Numbered from the stretch's first letter, positions 1 to 9,636 are shown. The stretch is 64,000 nucleotides of DNA from Roseibacillus sp. (GCA_965242925.1 CBDEUM010000029.1:224001-288000), one strand, 5' to 3'. The notes: generated by a model from the sequence alone, not told the origin. Numbers and translations are program-made.

Positions 1-1320
1 TATGCGGAAGACCAGGCGCACCAGGTGGGCAATAACAGCAAGTTTTTCTATCCCCATTCGCACGAGTACCGTCGGTGGGTGATCGAGGCCTTCAATCGAG
101 ACCTGCCCTTTGACCAGTTCGTGCGCCTGCAACTGGCCGCCGACCATTACGGGGACGAAGACCTCGCGGCGCTCGGATTCCTCGGTCTCGGTCCGCAGTA
201 TTACAACCGTAAGCGGCTTGACGTCCAGGCCGAGGAGTGGGAGGACCGGGTCGACACCGTAACGCGGGGCTTTCTCGGGCTCACCGTTGCCTGTGCCCGT
301 TGTCACGATCACTTCTACGATCCGATCACCACCGAGGACTACCATGCCATGGCGGGAATCTTTGCCAGTGTCTCGATGGACAGCCGGAAGGTTGGAGACC
401 GGACCTTCCATGTCGTGAAGGAGTCCAAGGTCCAGGATCTCAACGTCTTTGTCCGTGGTAACGTGGAAGAGAAGGGACCGGTGGTGCCGCGGGGATTCCT
501 CAAGGTCCTGGCCAGGGGCGGCGAACGGCGCACCTTTGCGGAAGGGAGCGGCCGGAGGGAGCTGGCGGAGGCGATCGCCGATCCGGAGAACCCCTTGACT
601 GCCCGCGTCATGGTTAATCGGATGTGGGGGGAACTATTCGGCGTTCCGCTGGTAAAGTCAGCGAGTAACTTCGGTAGCACCGGGGATCGGCCAAGTCATC
701 CCGGGTTGCTCGATTACCTCGCGATCAAGTTCCGGGAAGGGGGGTGGTCCCTCAAGGCGCTCGTGCGCGAGTTTGTGCTCTCCGCCACCTACCGGCAGGC
801 CACCACCCGGAAGAAGGATAATACCCTGCTGGCCGGAATGAACCGGAGGCGCCTGAGTGCGGAAATGCTCAGGGACGCCATGCTGGCGGCGAGCGGCGAG
901 CTGGAGTCCGCCGATCCCGGGGGGGCGTCCCTGAAGGTGAGCGACAAGAAAAACCTACGGAGGACGGTGTATGCCCGGATCAGCCGGAAGGAACTGGATT
1001 CCTTCCTGAGGCAGTTTGATTATCCGGATGCCAATGTGCATGCGGCCGGCCGGGTGGTAACCACTACCCCGATGCAGAAGCTCTATCTTCTGAATAGTCC
1101 CTTTGTCGCGGCCCGGGCCGCGAGGTTGTCAGAGCTGGATAAGGACCTTGAAGGCGAGGAGCGGATCCAGAGCCTCTTCCGCAAGGTGCTCGCCCGGAAC
1201 CCGAGTGCGAGCGAGCAGGCTGGAAGCCTTCGCTACTTTGAGGGCTCCACGAGCGATCGGGACTGGGCAGGTTTCGCCCAGGTGTTACTGTGCAGCAACG
1301 CGTTTCTCTACCGTGATTGA
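1..1320 (+). CDS. DUF1549/DUF1553 (PSCyt2/PSD1) planctomycete-type cytochrome domain protein, 5'-partial
   Basis: Motifs AFNRDLPFDQF, GLTVACARCHDH (CxxCH), NPLTARVMVNRMW, PSHPGLLDYLA, RRLSAEMLRDAML; frame open to the window edge; followed by its usual DUF1501 partner. Confidence 0.9.
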   Translation, partial: YAEDQAHQVGNNSKFFYPHSHEYRRWVIEAFNRDLPFDQFVRLQLAADHYGDEDLAALGFLGLGPQYYNRKRLDVQAEEWEDRVDTVTRGFLGLTVACARCHDHFYDPITTEDYHAMAGIFASVSMDSRKVGDRTFHVVKESKVQDLNVFVRGNVEEKGPVVPRGFLKVLARGGERRTFAEGSGRRELAEAIADPENPLTARVMVNRMWGELFGVPLVKSASNFGSTGDRPSHPGLLDYLAIKFREGGWSLKALVREFVLSATYRQATTRKKDNTLLAGMNRRRLSAEMLRDAMLAASGELESADPGGASLKVSDKKNLRRTVYARISRKELDSFLRQFDYPDANVHAAGRVVTTTPMQKLYLLNSPFVAARAARLSELDKDLEGEERIQSLFRKVLARNPSASEQAGSLRYFEGSTSDRDWAGFAQVLLCSNAFLYRD

Positions 1321-2729
1321 ACCCCGCTATTCAGGATTAAGCAGGCGTCAGATGCTTGGCCGCCTCGCCGGGGGTGCGGGTCTGCTTGGTCTGGCCGGGG
1401 TGATGCAGCAGAAGGGAGGGTCGGCCTTCGCGGCCAATCCGTCCCTCAACCTGCAGGGAAACCTCCCGGCCCGGGCGAAGCGGGTGATCTTTCTCTTTCT
1501 CAACGGAGGGCCCTCCCATGTGGATACCTTCGACCCCAAGCCGGCCCTGCTGAAGCACGAGGGACAGAAACCTGCCGAGAAGCTCTACCGCGACGGGAAA
1601 AAGGGAGGATTCATGCCCTCGCCCTTCAAGTTCACCAGACACGGGGAGAGTGGGCTGGAGTTCAGTGAGAGCGTTTCGCACCTCGCTAAGCTGGCTGATG
1701 ATGTCTGCATTGTGCGATCGATGCACACCGACGTGCCGAACCATGAGCCGGCCCTGTTGCAGATGCACACCGGAGTGGTGCAGCCCACCCGTCCGTCGCT
1801 GGGATCGTGGGCGCTCTACGGACTGGGATCAGAAAATGAAAACCTCCCGGGCTACGTGGTGCTGCGGCCCAGCCCGAGAACGGTGGTGGGGCCGGCCCTC
1901 TGGAGCAACGGCTTCCTGCCCGCCCGCTACCAGGCGACCAGCATCATCACTCGCGAAATGGCTATCGAGAAGCTGTTGCCTCACATCAAGAGCCGAACCT
2001 TTGACTATGGTGCGCAACGCCGGCAACTCAACTTGTTGGGAGCCCTCAACGAGGAACATCTGCGGGAGCGTGGTGGTGACGCGGAGCTGGAGGCCGATAT
2101 CCGTGCCATGGAGACGGCCTACGCGATGCAGATGGAGGCCACGGAAGCGCTCGACCTCAGCGGGGAAACAAAAGCCACCAGAGAGATGTACGGCACAAGC
2201 CGCTTCGCGAATTCCTGCCTGCTGGCCCGGCGTCTGGCGGAGCGGGGCGTCCGCTTTACCACTGTCTATTACACCAATGACAAGAACAACCAGCCCTGGG
2301 ACACGCACAAGGATCATAACGAGGGGCACAAGGGTCCTCTGTGCTGATGCCGACCGGGCTGCGGCAGGTTTAATCGAGGATTTGAAGCAGCGGGGGCTGC
2401 TCGATGATACCCTTGTCATCTTCGGGGGTGAATTTGGACGGACGCCCTTCGCGGAACAGAAGAAAGAGTCCAAACCGGGTCGAGACCATCACAGCACGGC
2501 CTTTTCCTACCTACTGGCGGGCGGCGGGGTGCAGGGTGGATTTGCCTATGGCTCTTCCGATGAGTTCGGCATGCACGTACAGGACAATCCCATGCATGTG
2601 CACGACTTCCACGCCACCGTCCTGCACCTGCTCGGGATTGATCACGAACAGCTTACCTATCACTATGCCGGTCGTGATTTCCGGCTCACCGATGTCCACG
2701 GCAAGGTGGCGACGGGGATTCTGCAGTAG
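1313..2729 (+). CDS. DUF1501 family protein with Tat signal, frameshifted near 2332-2334
   Basis: GTG at 1313 overlaps the upstream stop; SRRQML Tat motif; [27 protein letters not shown]. The C-terminal part ([39 protein letters not shown]) is in the next frame; removing one G from GGG 2332-2334 joins them. Confidence 0.85.
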
Positions 2730-2764
2730 CATGTGGATCGGAGTGGAGGGGGATCTCATACCGG

Positions 2765-3377
2765 ATGAACGGATCGGTGTTTCAGTCTCTCCCGCCGCCA
2801 GATACTCGTTCTCGCGGTTGGGGTTGAAGCAGGAATGGGCCTGCTGGCATTGGGGCTTGGATGGTTTTTCCGCCTGCCGGTGACCGCATGGGTGCGGCCT
2901 GATGCGACGGGGATCGTCCTTGGGGTGGTGGGTGCCACGGTCCTCTTTGGGATCCTGCTGCTGTGCCGACGCTTTCCGGTGGGACCGATTGGACGGCTCA
3001 TGCGTTTTGTGGATGCCACGGTGAAACCGCTTTTCCTGAAGTGTCGCCCGGTCGACCTCCTGCTTATTGCGCTTTGTGCCGGCGTGGGTGAGGAACTCCT
3101 TTTCCGGGGCTTGATTCAAGGTGGACTGGCCCGGTGGTGGGGAGAGTGGCCGGCCCTGGCGGTGGCAAGCGTCGTCTTCGGCCTCGCCCACTGCATGACG
3201 AGAGAATATGCGGTTTTTGCCACCGTGCTGGGGTTTCTTCTGGGATGGCTGGTAATCGTGACCGGCGATCTTACCGCTGCCATCGTGGCCCATGCAGGAT
3301 ATGATTTCGTAGCCTTGCTTTTGCTGACGAAGAAGGGTGGGGACGATGAAGTTTCAGGGTCTGGAGGCTGGGATTGA
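2765..3377 (+). CDS. CPBP (CAAX/Abi) family intramembrane metalloprotease, probable 5' frameshift
   Basis: EELLFRG, FGLAH and HAGYD motifs with hydrophobic helices. ORF track starts at 2835, but ATG 2765 joins the frame (MNGSVFSLSRRQILVLAVGVEAGMGLL) if one T of TTT 2780-2782 is removed. Confidence 0.85.
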
Positions 3378-3455
3378 GCGGTCCTTTTCAGCCTTGGTGA
3401 GAAGATTGCCAATTTCATTGCACGGAAGGGTTGATCCGGCCACCTTTCCATACTC

Positions 3456-4385
3456 ATGAAGGCTCTCCTTGTAATGGTTCTCTCCCTGCTGGTGATTCCC
3501 CTCGCTGGAGCGGAGATGCGGGAATGGAAAACTGCTGATAAGTCAAAGACTCTCGTGGCGGAATACGTCAGTTCCCGTGATGGCAAGGTTACTATTCGCC
3601 GCAAGCGGGACCGGCGCTCGTTTACCCTCTCGCTCGACAAGCTTTCAGAGCAGGATCGGGAATACGTCAAGCAGAGGGAGGAGGAAGCGTCTGGTGATGA
3701 GAGCGGGGAAGCCAAGGACGCGGAGGGGGAATTCGCCAAGCTGATCACCGGCGACTGGGAGCGCGCGGAAGGGCACGGATTGAAGTACCGCATTTATGGC
3801 GCACGCAAATTGCGGAGGGGGAAGGGAGAGGGATATCCCCTGGTGGTCTACCTGCATGGCAGGGGTGGCGATGTAATGAGTCCGCAGGAGCCGGGGGGAG
3901 CCAATGCCTTCACTCGGGATGACAATTACCGCCGGCGGACCTGTTTCGTGATCGCTCCGCAGAATCCCGATCAGCAGGGATGGACCGGGGCCAAGGCGGA
4001 TGGAGTGGTCGAAATCGTGGAGGAATTGATCAAGAAGCTTCCGGTTGATCCCAAGCGGATTTACCTGACCGGCTATTCGATGGGGGGCTATGGAACCTTT
4101 CAGCTGCTGGCCCAGGAGCCCAGGATGTGGGCGGCAGCGGTGCCGGTCGCCGGCGGGGGGAATCCGGGGGCGGTGAAGGATTACCGCAAAGTGCCCATCT
4201 GGGTCTTTCATGGGGAGGACGACAAGGTCGTCCCGGTGAGCCAGAGCCAGGCCATGGTGGAAGCCTTGAAGAAGGCCCGCTCGGAAGTAAAATACACCGA
4301 GTTCCCTGGTGCGGGTCATGGCGTGTCCGGCAAGGTCTACGGTGACGAAAAGGTCCACGAGTGGATGTTCGAGCAGGCGCAGTAG
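3456..4385 (+). CDS. Secreted SHD1-domain alpha/beta hydrolase (esterase/peptidase)
   Basis: Signal peptide; SHD1-like REWKTAD...LDKLSEQDREYV; PLVVYLHG, nucleophile GYSMGG, FHGEDD and GAGH triad motifs. Confidence 0.85.
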   Translation: MKALLVMVLSLLVIPLAGAEMREWKTADKSKTLVAEYVSSRDGKVTIRRKRDRRSFTLSLDKLSEQDREYVKQREEEASGDESGEAKDAEGEFAKLITGDWERAEGHGLKYRIYGARKLRRGKGEGYPLVVYLHGRGGDVMSPQEPGGANAFTRDDNYRRRTCFVIAPQNPDQQGWTGAKADGVVEIVEELIKKLPVDPKRIYLTGYSMGGYGTFQLLAQEPRMWAAAVPVAGGGNPGAVKDYRKVPIWVFHGEDDKVVPVSQSQAMVEALKKARSEVKYTEFPGAGHGVSGKVYGDEKVHEWMFEQAQ

Positions 4386-4469
4386 GCGCTTTGTGCCATT
4401 CTGGATTCTGGATGCCGGGGAGGGATTTTTTCTGAATACCCGGACGGCCTCTTCAGTCCAATGGGCATC

Positions 4470-4736
4470 ATGAAACGACGACTCATCCTCCTGGCGGCAG
4501 CATGTTCCCTGATTGTGATTTGCGGCACGAGCTGTACCACCATGTATGATTCGGCCGGGCGTCCGGTGGATGTCATCACCCCCGAAGGTGCGGCCCTGGC
4601 AGTGGTGGCGGCCGGCGTGGTGGGCTATGCAATCGCCGACGACGGGCACGACAACAGGCACCACCGCAGACATGGCCATGCCCGGAGACCGGCTCACTGC
4701 CGACATGGGCATGACCGGTGCAGGCATTGCCATTAG
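4470..4736 (+). CDS. Small lipoprotein with His/Cys/Arg-rich C-terminal tail
   Basis: MKRR plus hydrophobic stretch and lipobox-like GTSC; glycine-zipper-like AALAVVAAGVVGYAIA; tail HDNRHHRRHGHARRPAHCRHGHDRCRHCH. Confidence 0.65.
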   Translation: MKRRLILLAAACSLIVICGTSCTTMYDSAGRPVDVITPEGAALAVVAAGVVGYAIADDGHDNRHHRRHGHARRPAHCRHGHDRCRHCH

Positions 4737-4806
4737 GTCCGGACAGAGGGCCGGGGCAAAAGGATTTTCGAGTTCCTGTGCCTCCGGAGGAACGTTAGGG
4801 TCGTGC

Positions 4807-5712
4807 GTGCGCACGATCCTGATGTGGTTCCTGGTGGGGCTGGGGCTGATGACGGCAGAACAGCTGCCCCGGGGCGCGGCGAATGCCGAGACAGGCCTGG
4901 TGACCTTCCCGGGTTGCCGATTGATCGACGCCGAGTGGGCTGACGGGGATAGTTTTCCGGTCCGCTTTCCGGACGGAACGATCCACACCGTTCGTCTCTA
5001 CGGGGTCGATTGTCTCGAGACCACGGACCGGCATGAGACGGATCAGCGCCGCCTCCGTTCCCAGCGGGCCTACTTCGGCATTGCCAGGGCCGGGGGTAAT
5101 GAGTCGGCCTCCATCCAGGGGGCCAAGGTGCTTGGGATCGCCGCGCGGGATCGTGTCGGGGAGCTTCTACGCCAGCCGTTCTCCGTGCACACCGCCTGGG
5201 CCGACGCTCGGGGCCATCCCCATTACAAACGGTATTATGCATTCATCACCGGTGGGAAGGGGAAGGACATGGGAAGTGTTCTGGTAAGGGAAGGTCTGGC
5301 GCGGGCCTTCGGGGTTGCCCGGTCGCGCAAGGCGGGAGTGAGCCGGGATGAGTACAAGGAGCGACTCAAGGATGAGGAACTGGCGGCCGCCTCCCGTCGG
5401 GTGGGGATCTGGAAGCTCACGAACTGGGATTCGCTTCCGGAAGAGCGCCGGGTGGAGCGGGCACAGGAGCAGGAAGAGCAATTGGAGGCGCTGCCGCTCA
5501 AAGAGAACTCGATCAATCCGAACACTGCCTCGCGCGACGAGCTGATGCGGTTGCCGGGCATTGGGGAGGTGATGGCGGCCAGGATCATGGAGGCAAGGGA
5601 AGCCGGAGCATTCCGGACGGCGGCGGATCTGGGACGGGTAGCGGGAATCGGGGAAAAGACCGTTGCGAGGATTGCACTGTATCTGTCTTTCCGGGGGCAG
5701 CCGTCGCAATGA
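4807..5712 (+). CDS. Secreted thermonuclease (SNase) fused to ComEA-type helix-hairpin-helix domain
   Basis: Hydrophobic N-terminus; DGDS, VRLYGVDCLE, KRYYAF, LVREGLARAF, GIW (SNase); INPNTASRDELMRLPGIGE...RVAGIGEKT (HhH). Start at GTG 4807 or ATG 4822 is inferred. Confidence 0.85.
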   Translation: MRTILMWFLVGLGLMTAEQLPRGAANAETGLVTFPGCRLIDAEWADGDSFPVRFPDGTIHTVRLYGVDCLETTDRHETDQRRLRSQRAYFGIARAGGNESASIQGAKVLGIAARDRVGELLRQPFSVHTAWADARGHPHYKRYYAFITGGKGKDMGSVLVREGLARAFGVARSRKAGVSRDEYKERLKDEELAAASRRVGIWKLTNWDSLPEERRVERAQEQEEQLEALPLKENSINPNTASRDELMRLPGIGEVMAARIMEAREAGAFRTAADLGRVAGIGEKTVARIALYLSFRGQPSQ

Positions 5713-5795
5713 ACCGAACGACTTTGTTCTTTCTGCTCATCGCTGCCATGATCGCAGTGGCGGTGGCGGTGACCTTGAGTGCCTTTGCGGGATGA
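5709..5795 (+). CDS. Putative 28-aa single-helix small protein MNRTTLFFLLIAAMIAVAVAVTLSAFAG
   Basis: ATG 5709 overlaps the upstream TGA (ATGA) and its TGA 5793-5795 overlaps ATG 5792 of the SNF2 gene (ATGA); almost entirely hydrophobic. Confidence 0.5.
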   Translation: MNRTTLFFLLIAAMIAVAVAVTLSAFAG

Positions 5796-8700
5796 GGGAG
5801 GTGGAACTGACGCGGGATCTTCTCATGGAGGCGGGGGGGTGGAGGGAGATGAAGTCCGCCCGCGGGATGCACCGCGGGGGCCTGGTGAGCGAGGCGTCCT
5901 ACGAGAACGGCTGGCTGGAGGGGATGGTATTGATGGGCGGGGAGCGCAAGAGGGTTCGCATGCAGGTCGTGTCGCGCACGCACATGGAGAACAGGTGCAG
6001 CTGCCTCCTGGCCCGGCGTGAGGGACGGGTCTGTGCGCACGCAATGGCGGTCGGACTCGAGGTCATTGAGCCCGGCACCGCTCCCGAAGAGATCCCGTTG
6101 GATCCCGGGGGAGACCCTGTGGGGGGGCGCTGGCCGGTTGTCACCGAGGAATTTGACGAGGAAGCCTATCCCGTGCAGTGCAGGGTGATGCTTCCGGTCA
6201 AGGTCGCGGACTCGTGGAACCGGGGACAGCTTCTGGTGGTGTTCGGGACTGACTACGGGGGGGAAGAGCATCTCCTCGCGACCTGGGGTGCGGATTACGT
6301 GCTGCAGGCAGGAGAGAACGACGGTCGCCTGCTGGAGACCCTGCAGCGGCTCTTTCCGGATGAACCGCCGGGAGCAGTGAACCTGGATCGCGGGCAATTT
6401 CTCCAGATGCTGGATGCCCTGGCCGGGCATCCCCGGGTGAGTTTCGGGAAGAGGGAGGCGGCCATGGTGTCCTGTCACCGGGCCCGTCCGGGGCTGGAAT
6501 TGCAGAAAGGTCGCCTGCGCGTTCAGTGGCCGGCCGGATGGGTTCCGCTGGTGGAAGCGGGGGATGTGTGGGCCCTGGACAGCGAGGCGCGGAGCTTTCA
6601 CGCGGTGGCCGCCGGGGTGCCGGAATCGCTGCGGGAGGTCTTCGGGCCAGGCATGATTCCAGGGCCGGTGGAAGTGCCAGCTCTTCTCACCACGCTCCGT
6701 CAGTGGTTTGAGATCAGCGGGGACATCATTGCAGGCCTGCCGCAATCTGCCGCACCGCAGGTGGAAGTGAGCTTTGAGGGATCGCTCAATCACTTGGAGG
6801 GGCGCATGGTCTTTGTCTACGGGAAAACCCGACGCCGGGCCGGAATGATGGAAGTCGAGCTCCTCACGATGGAGAATGGAGAGAGCGTGCTGGTCAGTCC
6901 GGACCTGGAACGCATGGCGGAAGATGCCCTGCGCCAGTGGGGTTTCGAGGGCCCGGGCAGGCAGGGTGAGTTTGTGCTGCGTGAACCACAGGCCATTCTG
7001 CGCTTTCATGCTCACGGGGTGGGGTGCCTTGATCCGGAGTGGATCGTCATCAGGGGTGAGCGCTTCTCGGAGTTTGCCAGGGACATTGTCCCGATCAAAC
7101 CCGTCTACCGGTTTGCGGGAAGCACGGAGGACTGGTTGGAGATGGAGTTGACCTATCAGGCGGGTGACGGCACGCCCATCACGCGGGAGGAGGTCCAGCG
7201 GTTGCTGGATACCGGACGTTCTGACCATTCGCTGGGGGGTGATCGCCTGGCGGTGCTGGATCCGGAGCAGGCTGATCAGGCCATGGAAACCCTGGCGGAC
7301 TGTGATCCCCGGCAGGGTGCTCCCGGGGTCTTCCGCATGGATGCACGGCAAGCCGCCTACCTGCGGGAGAGCGTGATTGAACTGGGGCTGCTCGCCGGGG
7401 AGCAGCAATCTCAGGCCGGGGACGGCGGGACGGCACTGGAGCTGGGCCCCCTGGAAACGGTCCTGCGCCCCTACCAGCGGGAGGGAGTGGCCTGGCTCGG
7501 GAAGCTGTCAGAACTGCGGATGGGGGGTATTCTGGCCGACGACATGGGATTGGGAAAGACGTTGCAGGCCCTGGCATTTCTTGCGGCCCGCAGGGGGACC
7601 GCGCTGGTTGTGTGCCCCTCGTCCCTGGTCCACAACTGGCTGGCGGAAGCAGGGAAGTTCGTGCCGGACCTGAAGGCCGTGGCGATCGAGGGACCGAAGC
7701 GGAAGGAGGTTCTGGCAGCACACCCCGGAGCCGATCTTCTCATCACCAGCTACGCTCTTCTGCGGCTTGACATCGATCTCTACCGCGAGCGGGAGTTCGA
7801 AGTGGTCATTCTCGATGAAGCGCAGCACATCAAGAATCCTGAATCGCAGGTCTCCCGGGCGGCCTTTCGCCTGCCCGGGACCCATCGCTTTGCCCTCACG
7901 GGAACGCCCATTGAAAACTCGGTGAAGGATCTCTGGTCGATCATGAATTTCGTCATGCCGGGATACCTCGGTGAGCGCTCGCAATTTGGGGATCGTTTTG
8001 AGAAACCCCTGGCGCGTGGTGATGCACCCGAATTGCAGCGGAGACTGGCCCGCCGCCTCAAGCCGGTGATCCTGAGGCGGCTCAAGGAAGATGTGGCGAA
8101 AGACCTTCCTGAGAAAATAGAGCAGGTGCGTTACTGTGAGCTGAGTGACTCGCAGCGGCAGGTCTACAAATCGATTCTCGAGGAGAGCCGGGGAATGATT
8201 CATGACGCGGAGGGCGGGCGCAGGCGGATGCTGGCCCTGACGGCCCTGCTACGCTTGCGCCAGGCCTGCTGTGACCTGCGCCTCCTGAACCTGCCGGGGG
8301 TGGATGAGGAAAACGGATCGGTGAAGATGGAGGAACTGGAAGGCCTGCTGGAGGAAGCGGTGGCGGGAGGGCACCGTGTTCTCGTCTTCAGTCAGTTCGT
8401 TCAGATGCTGCAGGGAATTGTTCCCGTCCTGATGGAGAAGGGATTCGAGTTCTGTTATCTTGATGGACAGACGAGGAACCGGGGAGAAGTAGTGAGGCGC
8501 TTCCAGGAGTCGTCGGTTCCCGTTTTCCTCATCAGTTTGAAAGCAGGAGGAGTGGGCCTGAACCTGACGGGTGCGGACACGGTCATCCACGTTGATCCCT
8601 GGTGGAACCCGGCGGTGGAGGCCCAGGCCACCGACCGTGCCCACCGGATCGGTCAGAAGCGGGTGGTGACGTCCTACAGGTTGATCACGCGCAATACGGT

Positions 8701-8824
8701 GGAAGAGAAGATCCTGGCCCTGCAGGAGCGTAAGCGGAAGTTGATTGCCTCTACGCTCGATCAGGATGTTTCAGGATCTGGTGCCGGTCTGAGCGAGAAC
8801 GAGATCTTCGAACTCTTTGGATAG
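5792..8824 (+). CDS. SWIM zinc finger + SNF2 family helicase-like ATPase
   Basis: CSC...CAH SWIM motif; LRPYQREG, GILADDMGLGKT, DEAQ, LTGTPIEN, SLKAGGVGLNLTGAD, QATDRAHRIGQ. Confidence 0.95.
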   Translation: MREVELTRDLLMEAGGWREMKSARGMHRGGLVSEASYENGWLEGMVLMGGERKRVRMQVVSRTHMENRCSCLLARREGRVCAHAMAVGLEVIEPGTAPEEIPLDPGGDPVGGRWPVVTEEFDEEAYPVQCRVMLPVKVADSWNRGQLLVVFGTDYGGEEHLLATWGADYVLQAGENDGRLLETLQRLFPDEPPGAVNLDRGQFLQMLDALAGHPRVSFGKREAAMVSCHRARPGLELQKGRLRVQWPAGWVPLVEAGDVWALDSEARSFHAVAAGVPESLREVFGPGMIPGPVEVPALLTTLRQWFEISGDIIAGLPQSAAPQVEVSFEGSLNHLEGRMVFVYGKTRRRAGMMEVELLTMENGESVLVSPDLERMAEDALRQWGFEGPGRQGEFVLREPQAILRFHAHGVGCLDPEWIVIRGERFSEFARDIVPIKPVYRFAGSTEDWLEMELTYQAGDGTPITREEVQRLLDTGRSDHSLGGDRLAVLDPEQADQAMETLADCDPRQGAPGVFRMDARQAAYLRESVIELGLLAGEQQSQAGDGGTALELGPLETVLRPYQREGVAWLGKLSELRMGGILADDMGLGKTLQALAFLAARRGTALVVCPSSLVHNWLAEAGKFVPDLKAVAIEGPKRKEVLAAHPGADLLITSYALLRLDIDLYREREFEVVILDEAQHIKNPESQVSRAAFRLPGTHRFALTGTPIENSVKDLWSIMNFVMPGYLGERSQFGDRFEKPLARGDAPELQRRLARRLKPVILRRLKEDVAKDLPEKIEQVRYCELSDSQRQVYKSILEESRGMIHDAEGGRRRMLALTALLRLRQACCDLRLLNLPGVDEENGSVKMEELEGLLEEAVAGGHRVLVFSQFVQMLQGIVPVLMEKGFEFCYLDGQTRNRGEVVRRFQESSVPVFLISLKAGGVGLNLTGADTVIHVDPWWNPAVEAQATDRAHRIGQKRVVTSYRLITRNTVEEKILALQERKRKLIASTLDQDVSGSGAGLSENEIFELFG

Positions 8825-8884
8825 TGGATTGCTCCTCGCCGGGAGCTCGCCGGTGATCAGAGGATTTCCGGTGTGCCCACAAGC

Positions 8885-8919
8885 AAAACCGCCAGAGGAT
8901 CGAGATCCACTGGCGGTTT
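8885..8919 (-). terminator. Intrinsic terminator (possibly bidirectional)
   Basis: Inverted repeat AAACCGCCAG/CTGGCGGTTT with inner GGATC/GATCC; on the minus strand it is followed by TTTT; lies between convergent genes. Confidence 0.75.
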
Positions 8920-9109
8920 AGTTAGAGACTTCTGTTCGCCCGCACTCACGGACTGGGGAATCTGTTAGCTGCTGATCACCCTTTTGTAAGAACTCACGAT
9001 TAATCGCGAATTCCAGAGAATGAGACTTCTATCCTGGCAATATGTTCGAAGGTTTCTGTAAATTTTACAGGGGGGATCGAAATTCCCCGGACAGTCATTG
9101 GCGCAAGAC

Positions 9110-9556
9110 CTATAAAACAGTGGAAATCCGGGTTTTTACCGAATTGGCGAGAAAACATTCCTCGTGTGCCTTTTGGTGGAGTTCTTCCAGTTTTTCGGCA
9201 GACACCGTAATGCCCTCCGCCCATACCGTCACGGGATGGAGCTCGATCCGGCTCAGGACCGGTTTGCCGTTCTCTCCTTTCTCAAGATAGCCCACCGCTT
9301 CGTCGGCGTAGCTCTCAAGGGTGAGGTTCTGCAGTGAAGCGAAGGCGAGAAAAGTGAGCATGTGGCAACTCGAGAGGGAGGCCACGAAGGCCTGTTCAGG
9401 ATCTGGAATTTCCGCAGTGCCGAGGTAATCGGCGGCTGCCGAGGCCCGCAGGGTGACGCCATGGCCGAAGTCAAGATCGTGATCACGGGGGTATTCCTTG
9501 TAGCCGAAGTCCTTCCCGTCGCGGTTCCAGTTGAGAGTGATGGTGTGAGAGCTCAT
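9110..9556 (-). CDS. OsmC/Ohr family protein
   Basis: DPEQAFVASLSSCHMLTFL and AHEECFLANSV with the two conserved Cys. Confidence 0.9.
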   Translation of the reverse strand: MSSHTITLNWNRDGKDFGYKEYPRDHDLDFGHGVTLRASAAADYLGTAEIPDPEQAFVASLSSCHMLTFLAFASLQNLTLESYADEAVGYLEKGENGKPVLSRIELHPVTVWAEGITVSAEKLEELHQKAHEECFLANSVKTRISTVL

Positions 9557-9636
9557 GTGCAGCAGGCAGGATACAGGGGAAGTTCCAGAATGGTTTCCGG
9601 GGCCGTGCCTATACGGAACACCGGATCCTGAACACC

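Noticed and set aside
2345..2347. In-frame TGA read as selenocysteine in the DUF1501 gene
   Set aside because: The continuation is in a different frame, so this is a frameshift, not read-through.
5585..7408. 607-aa minus-strand ORF and many other long antisense ORFs (e.g. 48857-50515, 38543-40405, 55225-56805)
   Set aside because: They shadow well-supported genes on the opposite strand, as expected in high-GC DNA, and show no family motifs.
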